From contig CBDDPY010000002.1 of NCBI GenBank assembly GCA_965232515.1, forward strand, positions 1,024,001 through 1,088,000: DNA of 64,000 bases. Direction: 5' to 3'. The translations under genes were made by a program, and so were the position numbers. The stretch is from Alphaproteobacteria bacterium (GTDB taxonomy: Bacteria > Pseudomonadota > Alphaproteobacteria > GCA-2731375). Under the pieces are notes generated by a model. It made no database searches and was not told the DNA's origin. It saw only the letters and a program-made list of their open reading frames with translations. Below are positions 40,111 to 49,840 of this stretch, piece after piece (the first letter of the stretch is position 1; every line of letters starts with the position of its first letter).

Positions 40111-40393
40111 TTTCCCTTAAGCGTCGCGGATGAGCGGTCGGGCGCTACTGTTTCCGGCCGACCCCATGCCTTGCGCACAGAAACCACCAATTATGGACAA
40201 AATAAGGCTGCAAATTCGTAAAGCACCGACGACAAAGCCGGGTCCTGAAGGCAATTATGAATTGCAATTCCGCTGGCGAAAACGTCTTTTCTGGCGAACG
40301 GGCCGGGAACACAAAAATGCGCCGCACGGCGACGGCGATTATGCTAAGCAAGCCGCAACGAAGCCGGTCCAACGGCGCGCTGGGAGGAGTTTA

Positions 40394-41608
40394 ATGTCGG
40401 TCGCGTACGAGCCGAGAAGTCCTGACACGATTGCCGATCCGTTTCCCGTCCTTGCCCGCCTGCGCGAGGAGGAGCCCCTGCATTGGAGCCGCTCGCTGGG
40501 CGGCTGGGTCGTCACCCGTTATGAGGATTGCCAATTCGTTACGCTCGACAAGCGCTTTTCGGCCGACCGCATGCGGCCGTTCTTCGAACACCTGCCGCCC
40601 GACCGCCGGGCCCAGGTCAAGGAGCTGGAGTGGTCGGTCGGCCTCTGGGCCGTCTTCCAGGATCCCCCGGAACATACCCGGCTCCGGCGTCTCCTGAACC
40701 GGGGCTTCACCTCGCGCGCCATCGAGCGTGTGCGGCCGCGCATCGTCGACATCGTCGACCAGCTGCTGGACGGCATCATCGAGCAGGGCGAGATGGACGT
40801 GATCCGGGACTTCGCCTATCCGCTGCCGGCCTCGGTGGTGATGGAGATGCTCGGCGTGCCGCGCAGCGAGCTCGACAACTTCAAGACCTGGTCCGACGAT
40901 CTGGCGTTGTTCGTCGGCGGCGCCCTGATCACGCCGGAAAAATACGACCGTGCCGAGGCGGCGACGGTGGCGATGAGCGAATGCTTCCGTGGCATCATCG
41001 CCGAACGGCGAGCCGAACCGCGCGACGACATGATCAGCGAGCTGATCGCGGCCGAGGAGGCGGGCAGCATGCTGAGCGAGGAGGAGCTGATCGCGACCTG
41101 CATTCTGCTGCTGTTCGCGGGCCACGAGACGACGGCGAACCTGATCGGCAACGGCCTCTATTATCTGATGCGGTTTCCCGAACAGCAGGCGCGGCTGCGG
41201 GCCGATCCCTCGTTGGCGGCCACCGCGGTCGAGGAGTTCCTCCGCTATGACGGACCGAGCGGCGCGCTGGTACGCGTCGCCCATGCCGATGTGCCGCTGC
41301 ATGGGGCAACCATCCGCCAGGGCGACCGGGTGTTCGCGATGCTGAACGCCGCCAACCGGGACCCGCGTACGTTCGACGAACCGGACCGCTTCGACATCGG
41401 CCGTCCGGTGAAACGCAACGTCACCTTCGGGCACGGCATCCACTTCTGCCTAGGTGCGCCGCTGGCGCGGCTTGAAGGGCAGATCGCGATCCCAAGGGTG
41501 CTGGAGCGTCTGACCGACCTGACGATCGCCCGTGACGATCTGGTTTGGAGCGACAGCATGATCCTGCGCGGCCTGACGTCGCTGCCGATCCGGTTTCGCG
41601 CCGCATGA
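40394..41608 (+). CDS. Cytochrome P450
   Basis: DPPEHTRLR, AGHETT, EEFLR (ExxR), FGHGIHFCLG; GGGAGGAG RBS before ATG 40394. Confidence 0.95.
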   Translation: MSVAYEPRSPDTIADPFPVLARLREEEPLHWSRSLGGWVVTRYEDCQFVTLDKRFSADRMRPFFEHLPPDRRAQVKELEWSVGLWAVFQDPPEHTRLRRLLNRGFTSRAIERVRPRIVDIVDQLLDGIIEQGEMDVIRDFAYPLPASVVMEMLGVPRSELDNFKTWSDDLALFVGGALITPEKYDRAEAATVAMSECFRGIIAERRAEPRDDMISELIAAEEAGSMLSEEELIATCILLLFAGHETTANLIGNGLYYLMRFPEQQARLRADPSLAATAVEEFLRYDGPSGALVRVAHADVPLHGATIRQGDRVFAMLNAANRDPRTFDEPDRFDIGRPVKRNVTFGHGIHFCLGAPLARLEGQIAIPRVLERLTDLTIARDDLVWSDSMILRGLTSLPIRFRAA

Positions 41609-42537
41609 CGAGAGCCAGCAAGTCATCGGGCCGGCTTGAGCATCTGCTTCGGTCCGGCCGCTTTGTGGTGACGGCGGAAACGACACCGCCACTGACCACG
41701 GACGCCTATCAGGTCATTGATCGCGTGGCGCCGCTGAAAGGCCTCGTCGACGCGGTCAACGTGACCGACGGCGCTGGCGCCCGGGCGCATCTATCGAGCC
41801 TGGCCGCGGCGGCGCGGATGCTGCAGGCCGGCATCGAACCGGTGCTGCAATTCACCACACGCGACCGCAACACGCTGGCGCTGGAACGCGACGTTCTGGG
41901 CGCGGCGGCGTTCAACATTCCGAACATGCTGGTGATCGGCGGCGATCCGATCGAACGCGGCGACGCGCCCGAAGCCACCGCAATCAACGATCTCGACAGC
42001 AAGGGGCTCGTCGGCCTCGTGGCGCACATGCGCGATCAGGCCAAACTGCCTTCGGGACGCGAGATCAAGCCGCCGCCAAAGCTGTTCGTCGGCGTTGCCG
42101 ACACGCCCGTTGATCCGCCCGCCGGCTGGCAACCGCACAGCCTGCTGGCGAAGATCGGCGAGGGCGCGGATTTCGTGCAGACGCAGTTCTGCTTCGACAT
42201 CGAGATCTGCCGGCGCTACGCGGCCGCGCTGGTGGACCTCGGCATCACCCAAAAGGTCTTTGTTCTGCTGGGCATCGGTCCGTTGGCATCCGCACGACAG
42301 GCCACCTGGATCCGCGACAATCTGCCAGGCTCGATCGTTCCCGATACCGTCATCGCGCGTCTGGAGGGGGCTGCCGACCCAAAGGCCGAGGGCAGGGCAG
42401 TCTGCGCCGAGCTGGTGCAAGCCTTGAAAGCGACCGCGGGCGTCGCCGGCGTCCATCTGATGGGGCCGCGAGCGGAGAGCGACATCGCGCAGTCCATCGA
42501 GGCCGCCGGCATCCTCGACGAGCGGCAGACGGCTTAA
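41605..42537 (+). CDS. metF: Methylenetetrahydrofolate reductase family protein
   Basis: TAETTPP, NVTD, TTRDRN, GGD, GADFVQTQFCFD, GVHLM; ATGA overlap with the P450. Confidence 0.85.
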   Translation: MTRASKSSGRLEHLLRSGRFVVTAETTPPLTTDAYQVIDRVAPLKGLVDAVNVTDGAGARAHLSSLAAAARMLQAGIEPVLQFTTRDRNTLALERDVLGAAAFNIPNMLVIGGDPIERGDAPEATAINDLDSKGLVGLVAHMRDQAKLPSGREIKPPPKLFVGVADTPVDPPAGWQPHSLLAKIGEGADFVQTQFCFDIEICRRYAAALVDLGITQKVFVLLGIGPLASARQATWIRDNLPGSIVPDTVIARLEGAADPKAEGRAVCAELVQALKATAGVAGVHLMGPRAESDIAQSIEAAGILDERQTA

Positions 42538-44072
42538 TCGCCGCCGGCCCCGTCGTCCGGCCGGCGCAGCCGCAGCAGGAAGATGAACGGCGTGACCACG
42601 AACGCGGTGATCGCGAACAGCCAGAACGCGTTTACATAGCCGATCATCAGCGCCTGCCGTTCGATCTCGCCGCCAAGCGCGATCAGGCTGCGCGGGCTCT
42701 CGGTGTTCCAGGCCCCAGTGACCCAGGAATAGCGAAGCGTCTCGTTGAAGGGCGACACGACCTCGGTCATCGTCGCGTAGTTGATGTTCGCCGTGCGCAG
42801 CACCACGGCGATGCTGATCGAGATGAAGATACTGCTGCCGATGTTGCGCAGCAGATGGAACACGGCCGTGCTCTCGGGCAAATACTTCGGGTCCAGGGTG
42901 GCGAAGGTGATCATGGTCAGCGGCACCCAGATCAGCCCGACGCCGAGACCCTGAACGGCGCTGGTCCAGGCGACGTCCCAGGTCGTCAGGTTGATGTCGA
43001 AGTGGGCCATGTACCAGCCGGCGATGCCCTGCATGAGGAAGCCGATGGCCAGCCAGTAGCGCGGGTCGAAGCGGCTGGCGAACATCATGATGAAGAAGCC
43101 GGCGAGCGTGCCGATGCCGCGCGCGGCCAGCAGCAGGCCGATGATGGTGTCGGGATAGCCGCGCAGGTTTTGCAGCAAGGCTGGGAACAAGGTCATCGGC
43201 GTGAAGTTCAGCATGCCAAAGGCAAGCGTGAACATCAGGCCCAGTGCGAAGTTGCGATCGAGCAGGAGCTTCGGATTGAGGAACGGCTTGGCGGCCGTCA
43301 GGCTGTGGACCGCGAAGATCCAGAAGGCGACGAGAGCCAGGCATGCCTCGATGACGATCTCGGGCGACTCGAACCAGTCCTGGCGTTCGCCGCGGTCCAG
43401 CATCAGTTGGAATAACGCAATCGCCGCGCTCAAGGACAGAAACCCGATCCAATCGAGCGGCACCTCCCGTTCGCGCCGGCGGTCGGTGATGAACAGCCAG
43501 GCGCCGAGCAGCGTGATCAGACCGCAGGGCACGATCATGAAGAACACCCAGCGCCAGTTCTGCGCCTCGGTCAGGTAACCGCCGATGGTCGGCGCAATGA
43601 TTGGTCCCAACACCACGCCCATGCCAAAGATCGCCATCACGCCGCCATGCTGGCGCCTCTCATAGGTGTCGAGCACGATCGCCTGCGACAGTGGCACCAG
43701 CGGCGCGCCGAACAGACCCTGGCCGATGCGATAGACCACCAACTCCGGCAGGCTTGTCGCCAAGCCGCAAAGCAGCGAGAAGGCGCTGAACAGGAACACG
43801 CCGTAGAGCAGCAGGTTGCGGCGGCCGAAACGCGCTGCGAGCCAGCCGGTCATCGGCGTCGCGACGGCGGTGGCGACGAGATTGAAGGTCACGACCCAGG
43901 CGATCTGGTCCTGTGTCGCCGACAATGTCCCCTGCATCTTCGGCAGGGCGACATTGGCGATGGTGACGGTCATGGCGTAGAGCGCCGTCGCCATGGTCAG
44001 GGTGGCCAGCACGACGGCGCGGCCGAGCGCCGTCGCCGGTGGTGTATAGGCGGCGCTATCTAGGCTGGCCAT
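42534..44072 (-). CDS. DHA2 family MFS efflux permease (EmrB-like)
   Basis: TIANVALP, GWLAARFGRR, PLVPLSQ, WRWVFF, QLMLDRGERQDWF. Confidence 0.9.
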   Translation of the reverse strand: MASLDSAAYTPPATALGRAVVLATLTMATALYAMTVTIANVALPKMQGTLSATQDQIAWVVTFNLVATAVATPMTGWLAARFGRRNLLLYGVFLFSAFSLLCGLATSLPELVVYRIGQGLFGAPLVPLSQAIVLDTYERRQHGGVMAIFGMGVVLGPIIAPTIGGYLTEAQNWRWVFFMIVPCGLITLLGAWLFITDRRREREVPLDWIGFLSLSAAIALFQLMLDRGERQDWFESPEIVIEACLALVAFWIFAVHSLTAAKPFLNPKLLLDRNFALGLMFTLAFGMLNFTPMTLFPALLQNLRGYPDTIIGLLLAARGIGTLAGFFIMMFASRFDPRYWLAIGFLMQGIAGWYMAHFDINLTTWDVAWTSAVQGLGVGLIWVPLTMITFATLDPKYLPESTAVFHLLRNIGSSIFISISIAVVLRTANINYATMTEVVSPFNETLRYSWVTGAWNTESPRSLIALGGEIERQALMIGYVNAFWLFAITAFVVTPFIFLLRLRRPDDGAGGD

Positions 44073-44107
44073 GCGGTCCGCCGGTCACGCCTGCCGGCAG
44101 GGGGGGA

Positions 44108-44494
44108 TCAGGCCGGCGCGTTGCGCGCCTTCGCCTCGCGGCGTCTGTTTCGGGCGTAAAGCCAGACCGCCAGCAATTCGTAGATGCCGGCCGCGACGTG
44201 GCGCACGCCGGGCCAGCCAACCACCGTCGCCAGCCAGCGGTAACGCGGAATCTCGGACCACAGGGCGGCGAAAGCCGGCACCCCGATCCGCAGACGGCCG
44301 TCGCGGTCGATCACGTGCAACCGCCGCTTCACGGCCTCCTGATCGAGGCCCAGCGCCGCAACGTCCGCCGGCTGTCTGGAAATATCGCACCACGTTAGCT
44401 CGTGATTATCGCACGCAGTTACGCGTTTGTAGTGCTCAATCTCGCGCCGGCAGATCGGGCAGGCGCCGTTGTAGTAGGTGGTGACACGCGACAT
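44108..44494 (-). CDS. DUF393 (DCC thiol-disulfide oxidoreductase-like) protein
   Basis: YYNGACPICRREI, RRLHV, GVPAF. Confidence 0.85.
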   Translation of the reverse strand: MSRVTTYYNGACPICRREIEHYKRVTACDNHELTWCDISRQPADVAALGLDQEAVKRRLHVIDRDGRLRIGVPAFAALWSEIPRYRWLATVVGWPGVRHVAAGIYELLAVWLYARNRRREAKARNAPA

Positions 44495-44539
44495 GCCCTT
44501 GATATTGCATCGCCAGACGTAGCCGGCAAGTCGGCGGCG

Positions 44540-46285
44540 TCATTCGCCGTCCGTCAGCCGGTGATCAGCGAGACGGCGCAAGCCGGCATACTCCTGCTCG
44601 CGCACCTGCGCCAGCAGCAGATTGACCGCATCGAGCGGCGTACCCAGCGCCTGCAGAACCTGTCCGGCGAGTTGCAGACTGGACTCTATGGCCTCCGGCA
44701 CGGCTTCGGTGGCGCCGGCGGCGATAAGTTCGGTCGTGTGCTGCACGTCGCGGGAGCGCACGTAGATCTTCAGCTCGGGCCAAGCCTGCCGGATGCTGGT
44801 CACCGCCCGCGCGGACGCCGTCGGATCGTCGAGCGTGATGACGATCGCGGCCGCGCGACGGGCGCCCAGCCGTTCCAGCACCTCGCGCCGGCTCGCGTTG
44901 CCGTAGAACGCGGGCACACCGCGCTTGCGCGCCTCGGTCACGCGCGCGGCGTTGATGTCGAGCGCGACATAGGACACCGCTTGCACCTCGAGCAACCGCG
45001 CGACGGTCCGGCCGACCCGACCATAGCCGGCGATCAGGACATGGCCCTCCAGATCCTGATCGTCCTCGGGGCCCGGCGACAGCGTCCCGGTGGCCTCGGA
45101 CGATGCGATCACCGATCCGACGCGGCGGGCAAAAATCGCCAAGAATGGCGTGACCACCAGCGAGAGGCTGGCCACGATCAGCATGAACTGCCCGACCGGA
45201 TCGGGCATCAGGCCGACGGCGACGGCGGCGCCGACCACCACGAAAGCGAACTCGCCGGCCTGTCCCAGGAGAAGGCCGGCCTCGACGGCAGCGGCGCGCG
45301 GCACGCCGAACAGCAGGCAGAGGGCGATCGCGATCGCCGCCTTCAAGACGATCAGCCCGACCACCGACATCGCCAGCCAGAAGGCCTTGTCGGCGACCTG
45401 GCCGAAATCAATCGCCATGCCCACCGAGATGAAGAACAGGCCGAGCAGCAGCCCCTTGAACGGCGCGATGTCGGTTTCGACCTGATGGCGGAATTCGGTC
45501 TCGGCCAGCAGCAGGCCGGCGAGAAACGCGCCAAGAGCCATGGATAGCCCGGCAACGCCGGTGCCGAAGGCCGTGCCCAGGATCGCCAGCAGGATCATGC
45601 CGGTGAACAGCTCGGGGCTGCGGGTGCCGGAGACCAGCTTGAACAGCGGCCGCAGCAGCAACCGACCCGCCACCATGATCGCGGCGACCGCCGCCAGCGC
45701 CTTCAACGCCACGACGCCGAGATTGGTGAGCACAGAACCCTCGGTGCTCTGACCGAAAACCGTGACCGCGAACAGGATCGGCACCACCGCCAGGTCCTGG
45801 AACAGCAGTATGGAAAAGCAGGTCCTTCCGGCCCGCGACCCGAGTTCGCCGCGTTCGATCAGCAGCTGCATCACGACCGCGGTCGAGGAAAGCGCCAGAC
45901 AGGCGCCCAGCACGATCGCGGCCTCCGTGCTGTTGCCCCAACCCCAGGCAACGAGACCGATGACGATCCCGGTCACGACCACCTGCGCCATGCCCAGGCC
46001 GAAGACCGAACGCCGCATGGCCCAGAGGCGCTCGACCGACAATTCCAACCCGACCGTGAACAAGAGGAACACCACGCCGAGCTCGGCCAGGCGTTGCACC
46101 CCCTCGACATCATCGATGACGCCAAGACCGTGCGGTCCGATCAGCGCGCCGATGGCGAGATAGCCCAGAATCGGGCTGGCCCGCAGCCGCTGAAACAACG
46201 GCACCACCAACACGGCTGAAACAAGAAAAACGACGATTTCTTTGATGTACGGGATCTCAGGGCCGTGACCGACCGATGCCTCCAA
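44540..46285 (-). CDS. CPA2/Kef-type cation:proton antiporter with TrkA-N domain
   Basis: ELGVVFLLF, LSSTA, LLFQDLAV, GAFLAG, GYGRVG. Confidence 0.9.
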   Translation of the reverse strand: MEASVGHGPEIPYIKEIVVFLVSAVLVVPLFQRLRASPILGYLAIGALIGPHGLGVIDDVEGVQRLAELGVVFLLFTVGLELSVERLWAMRRSVFGLGMAQVVVTGIVIGLVAWGWGNSTEAAIVLGACLALSSTAVVMQLLIERGELGSRAGRTCFSILLFQDLAVVPILFAVTVFGQSTEGSVLTNLGVVALKALAAVAAIMVAGRLLLRPLFKLVSGTRSPELFTGMILLAILGTAFGTGVAGLSMALGAFLAGLLLAETEFRHQVETDIAPFKGLLLGLFFISVGMAIDFGQVADKAFWLAMSVVGLIVLKAAIAIALCLLFGVPRAAAVEAGLLLGQAGEFAFVVVGAAVAVGLMPDPVGQFMLIVASLSLVVTPFLAIFARRVGSVIASSEATGTLSPGPEDDQDLEGHVLIAGYGRVGRTVARLLEVQAVSYVALDINAARVTEARKRGVPAFYGNASRREVLERLGARRAAAIVITLDDPTASARAVTSIRQAWPELKIYVRSRDVQHTTELIAAGATEAVPEAIESSLQLAGQVLQALGTPLDAVNLLLAQVREQEYAGLRRLADHRLTDGE

Positions 46286-46429
46286 TGTCTCTCTCCCGCA
46301 CGCCGCGACGGACGTCAGCAGCTTATCACGAAGCCGGGGCGCCCCTGCTGTCGCTTAGCCGCAACCGACCGGTAAATCAACCGGGCAGAGAGAAATCTTC
46401 AGTTGGCGGAGGCCGTTCGGGAGTTCGGT

Positions 46430-46648
46430 CTAGCAACCGGTGCAGGGCGCTTTACCGCAATTGCCGACAAGATGGTACCGAAGCCGAAGCAGCCCGTCCC
46501 GGCCGGCATCCACGACCCGCAGCAGCAGATCGGAGACCGCCCGCGACCGAAGCGCCGTGCCCTGCGCTCGCAGCGACATGGCGGCCGCGTTATTCAGAAT
46601 GCTCGTCGGATTGCCGGCTGCTTGAACCATGGAATTGAGCGTCATCAT
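46430..46648 (-). CDS. Small hypothetical protein (72 aa)
   Basis: GGGAG RBS; occupies an otherwise empty 900-bp gap; ends CGKAPCTGC. Confidence 0.45.
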   Translation of the reverse strand: MMTLNSMVQAAGNPTSILNNAAAMSLRAQGTALRSRAVSDLLLRVVDAGRDGLLRLRYHLVGNCGKAPCTGC

Positions 46649-47201
46649 TGTCGATCTCCCTCGGCTGTCGCCGAAAACAGGCCCCCGGTCCGGCCGGCGG
46701 CGACCATACCCTAGAAAGACTTAAGGGATGCCGGACCGGGGGGCCGATGTCGCGAAGCAACAGTCTGAAATTACGGCTCTCTACCGCCATTCACAAACGA
46801 GAACTTCTTTCGTTCAATTAAGATAATGTTATCTGAAGACAGACACCGCCTGACTGACCCGCGATCCGGGCGGCGGCGTTCATCCTGGCATCGCCCAGTG
46901 TGCCTCTATGCGACAGGGCAATCCCAAATCGGGTCAAACACGACGTGGAAACCGCCGATTGTCGCCGTCAATCGCTGGCACGGCACGTGCAGGTGATTAG
47001 GCGATCTTCTGAGGGCCGCTATCCCCCCGAGTACAGGCGAACCTCGCGTACAGGAAGGTCTCGGCCCGTCGGCGGCGTATGGTCGGCGGGCCGATTTCGT
47101 TACTGGAGCCGGTGACGAGCGCTTGCGGCCAGTGTCGGCACGACATATCTGAACGACAGGCCCGTTGCCTGGTTCGATCGAGACGCCACACATGCCGCTC
47201 A

Positions 47202-48239
47202 ATGGCTGATGCTCCGAACACCTCGCCGCCCATCGAGCAGACGCGCGGCCAGGAGCTTACGCCTATCGGTATCGACGAAGCCGTGGCCGGCGAGGTCGTC
47301 GACTGGGCCGTCGCGCGGTACTTCGATACCCGGCGCGACAAGATCACCGGCTTCGTCGATCGCCATTTCAGCTTCCAAGGCAGCTTGCGCCTGCATCGTC
47401 ACGCCGTCGGCTGGGACGTCTTGCGGGCGCCGGTCAACGTCGCTTTCGTATTGCCCACCGCCGGCATGAAACTCACGGCGCTCGGTCTTCGCCGATGTGG
47501 GCCGGGCGCCGCCGACACCGCGCGCTGGCTCGAGTCGCGCGACCTGTTTCTCAAGACCCGCGTCGGCGCCGAACTGCAATGGCTAATGCATACCGAGCTA
47601 TTGGAACTGCCCCTCGAGCAGGGCGGGCGACGCTTCGATCGCGACGCGCTCGCCGAACAGATCTTTTCGCATCCCCTTGTGCATGGCGCCCTGGAGCAGA
47701 CGATCCTGTCGGTTCGACAGGCCGCCGACCGGCCGGCGTTTCGCGAACGGCTGACGGAAGCGATGTCGACCTATACCGGTACTCGCGCCGCCGCCGCCGA
47801 TATCGCCAATGCGCTCATCGCCGCCGGTGTCGGCGCTGCCGCCTTCAAGCAACTGACGCCGGGCGCGATCACCATGGGCCCGGCGCTGGCCGCGGTGCTG
47901 GCGCAGCAATTCGCGATCCTGAATTTTCCGCTCGGCGCCGGCCTTGGCGGCCTGTGGTATGGCGCCTTTCCGGCCGCGGCCCCCGGCGCGCTTGTCGCCG
48001 GCAGCACGGCTGGCCTGATGGGCGTCGCCGCGGTCATGGCTGCCTTTGCCGGCATCCTCGCCGACCCGGCCCAGCGCAAGCTCGGCCTCCATCAGCGGCG
48101 GCTGCGCCGCATGCTCGACACGCTCGAACGGCAGTTCGGCGGCGACGCCGATGCCCAGTTCATCGTGCGCGATCACTACATCGCGAGGCTGGTGGACATC
48201 GTCGACTTGATGCGGGTCGCCATTCGCGTCGGCCAGTAG
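47202..48239 (+). CDS. Conserved hypothetical membrane protein (DUF6635-like)
   Basis: HAVGWDVLRAPVN, YTGTRAAAADI, FPLGAGLGGLWY, DPAQRKLGLHQRRL. Confidence 0.75.
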   Translation: MADAPNTSPPIEQTRGQELTPIGIDEAVAGEVVDWAVARYFDTRRDKITGFVDRHFSFQGSLRLHRHAVGWDVLRAPVNVAFVLPTAGMKLTALGLRRCGPGAADTARWLESRDLFLKTRVGAELQWLMHTELLELPLEQGGRRFDRDALAEQIFSHPLVHGALEQTILSVRQAADRPAFRERLTEAMSTYTGTRAAAADIANALIAAGVGAAAFKQLTPGAITMGPALAAVLAQQFAILNFPLGAGLGGLWYGAFPAAAPGALVAGSTAGLMGVAAVMAAFAGILADPAQRKLGLHQRRLRRMLDTLERQFGGDADAQFIVRDHYIARLVDIVDLMRVAIRVGQ

Positions 48240-48257
48240 CCGACCCTTCGCTCGCGG

Positions 48258-49436
48258 TCAGGCGTATCGGTTTTGCCGCGGCTCGTACGGCCCGTCCCAG
48301 AGCAAGCAATCGGGTCCCAGGTCGCGCAGGCTGGGGCATCCCATCTGGGCGAGGGTGAGCTCGATTTCCTGATGCAGGATGTCGATGGCACGGCCGGCCC
48401 CGGCGACGCCGGCGGCAGCGGCGCCATAGAGCGTTGGCCGCCCCAGGAAGACGAAGCTCGCGCCGAGGCAGAGCGCGACCAGCACGTCGGCGCCACGGCG
48501 GACGCCGCTGTCCAGCATCAGGGTCATGCGGTCGCCGACGGCCGCGTTGATCGCCGGCAGCACCTCGACGGGCGAGGGCGCCCGGTCGAGCTGGCGGCCG
48601 CCATGGTTCGACACGATGAGGCCATCAACACCCAACTCGGCCGCCCGCAGGGCGTCCTCCGGGTGCATGATGCCCTTGATCACGAAATTGCCCGGCCAGA
48701 GGCGGCGGAAGGTTTCGACATCGTGCCAAGTCGGCGACGTCGGCGTGTTCGTACTGACGAACTCCGCGACGTCGTGGGCGTCGGTGGCATCGCTCGCATA
48801 ACGCTGCCAGTTGGAGAACATCGGCATGCCGTTCTTCAGGTAGCTCGCGAGCCAGCCGGGATACCGGAGCGCGTCGAGCTTGGTCGCGAGCGACAGTTTG
48901 AGCGGCCGCTTGAATCCGTTGCGAAGATTGCGTTCGCGCTTGGCGTGCACCGGCACATCGACGGTCAGCACCAGCGTTGACAGACCGGCGTCGCGCGCCC
49001 GAACGATCATGTCCTTCGAGATTTCGCGGTCGCGGGCGGTATAGAGCTGATACCAGCCGTGCTCGGGCGCCAGTCTGCCCAGATCCTCGATCGAGGCGGT
49101 GCTGGCGCCGGACATGATGAAGGGCACGTCGGCGGCCTTCGCGGCCTCGGCCAGCATCAGGTCCGCGCCGGGGCGGAACAGGGCGGCGATGCCGGTCGGC
49201 GAAATGCCAACCGGACTGGCATAACGGCGGCCGAAGAGCGTGGTGCTTTGATCGACATGCGTGACATCGACCAGGTAGCGCGGCACCAGTCGGTGCTGGC
49301 GGAATGCCCATTGGTTCCTGTCCAGGCCGTCCTCGTCCTCGACGCCGCCATCGATGAAGTCGAAGGCGATCTTCGGCAGGCGGCGCTTGGCCAACCGACG
49401 CAGGTCCTCAATGTTGATGGCGTCGTCGAGATTCAT
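48258..49436 (-). CDS. FMN-dependent alpha-hydroxy acid dehydrogenase (LldD/MdlB family)
   Basis: LTVD, IKGIMH, SNHGGRQLD, DSGVRRGAD, GRP. Confidence 0.92.
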   Translation of the reverse strand: MNLDDAINIEDLRRLAKRRLPKIAFDFIDGGVEDEDGLDRNQWAFRQHRLVPRYLVDVTHVDQSTTLFGRRYASPVGISPTGIAALFRPGADLMLAEAAKAADVPFIMSGASTASIEDLGRLAPEHGWYQLYTARDREISKDMIVRARDAGLSTLVLTVDVPVHAKRERNLRNGFKRPLKLSLATKLDALRYPGWLASYLKNGMPMFSNWQRYASDATDAHDVAEFVSTNTPTSPTWHDVETFRRLWPGNFVIKGIMHPEDALRAAELGVDGLIVSNHGGRQLDRAPSPVEVLPAINAAVGDRMTLMLDSGVRRGADVLVALCLGASFVFLGRPTLYGAAAAGVAGAGRAIDILHQEIELTLAQMGCPSLRDLGPDCLLWDGPYEPRQNRYA

Positions 49437-49618
49437 CGTTTCCGCAGCCCCGTTGGCCGGCATCCCCGCCCTTAGGCGGGGATGCCGCAATGTTTTGATT
49501 TTGCCGTCATATTATGGTTCGCCGAAATCCGGCGACCAAGGGAATTGACCGGCGGGATACGGCTCTGAAGCCCGGGATGGGCATCGCCGCGGGAAGAAGC
49601 ACAATGCCGGAAAGTACA

Positions 49619-49647
49619 AAGGCCCAGACCGTCAAGGTCCGGGCCTT
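49619..49647 (-). terminator. Terminator-like hairpin after tRNA-Asn
   Basis: Minus strand AAGGCCCGGACC-TTGAC-GGTCTGGGCCTT followed by TGTACTTT. Confidence 0.7.
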
Positions 49648-49656
49648 CGTGAATTC

Positions 49657-49732
49657 TGGCTCCCCGGGCCGGACTCGAACCAGCGACCCAGCGGTTAACA
49701 GCCGCTTGCTCTACCAACTGAGCTACCGGGGA
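49657..49732 (-). tRNA. tRNA-Asn(GTT)
   Basis: 76 nt: TCCCCGG acceptor stem, TAGCTCAGTTGGTAGAGC D-arm, GCGGCTGTTAACCGC anticodon arm, GGTTCGAGTCC T-arm, encoded CCA. Confidence 0.98.
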
Positions 49733-49840
49733 TTACGAGCCTCTAAATGACGCAATCGCCGCGCCAAATCAAGGCCCGCGGTACATAGCAAAATGAGCTG
49801 TCGGATGCCAGCGGATGTTTGCCGTCAAGTGACGCTTTCG

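Noticed and set aside
40130-40393. N-terminal extensions in the ORF track (P450, also GNAT, alaX, hydrolase, dctM, dctP, last SBP)
   Set aside because: They lack homology-like sequence or overlap neighbouring genes. Downstream starts have an RBS or stop/start coupling.
49657-49732. tRNA-Asn as an integration site for a genomic island
   Set aside because: No integrase, and I saw no duplicated tRNA 3' end or composition shift in the window.
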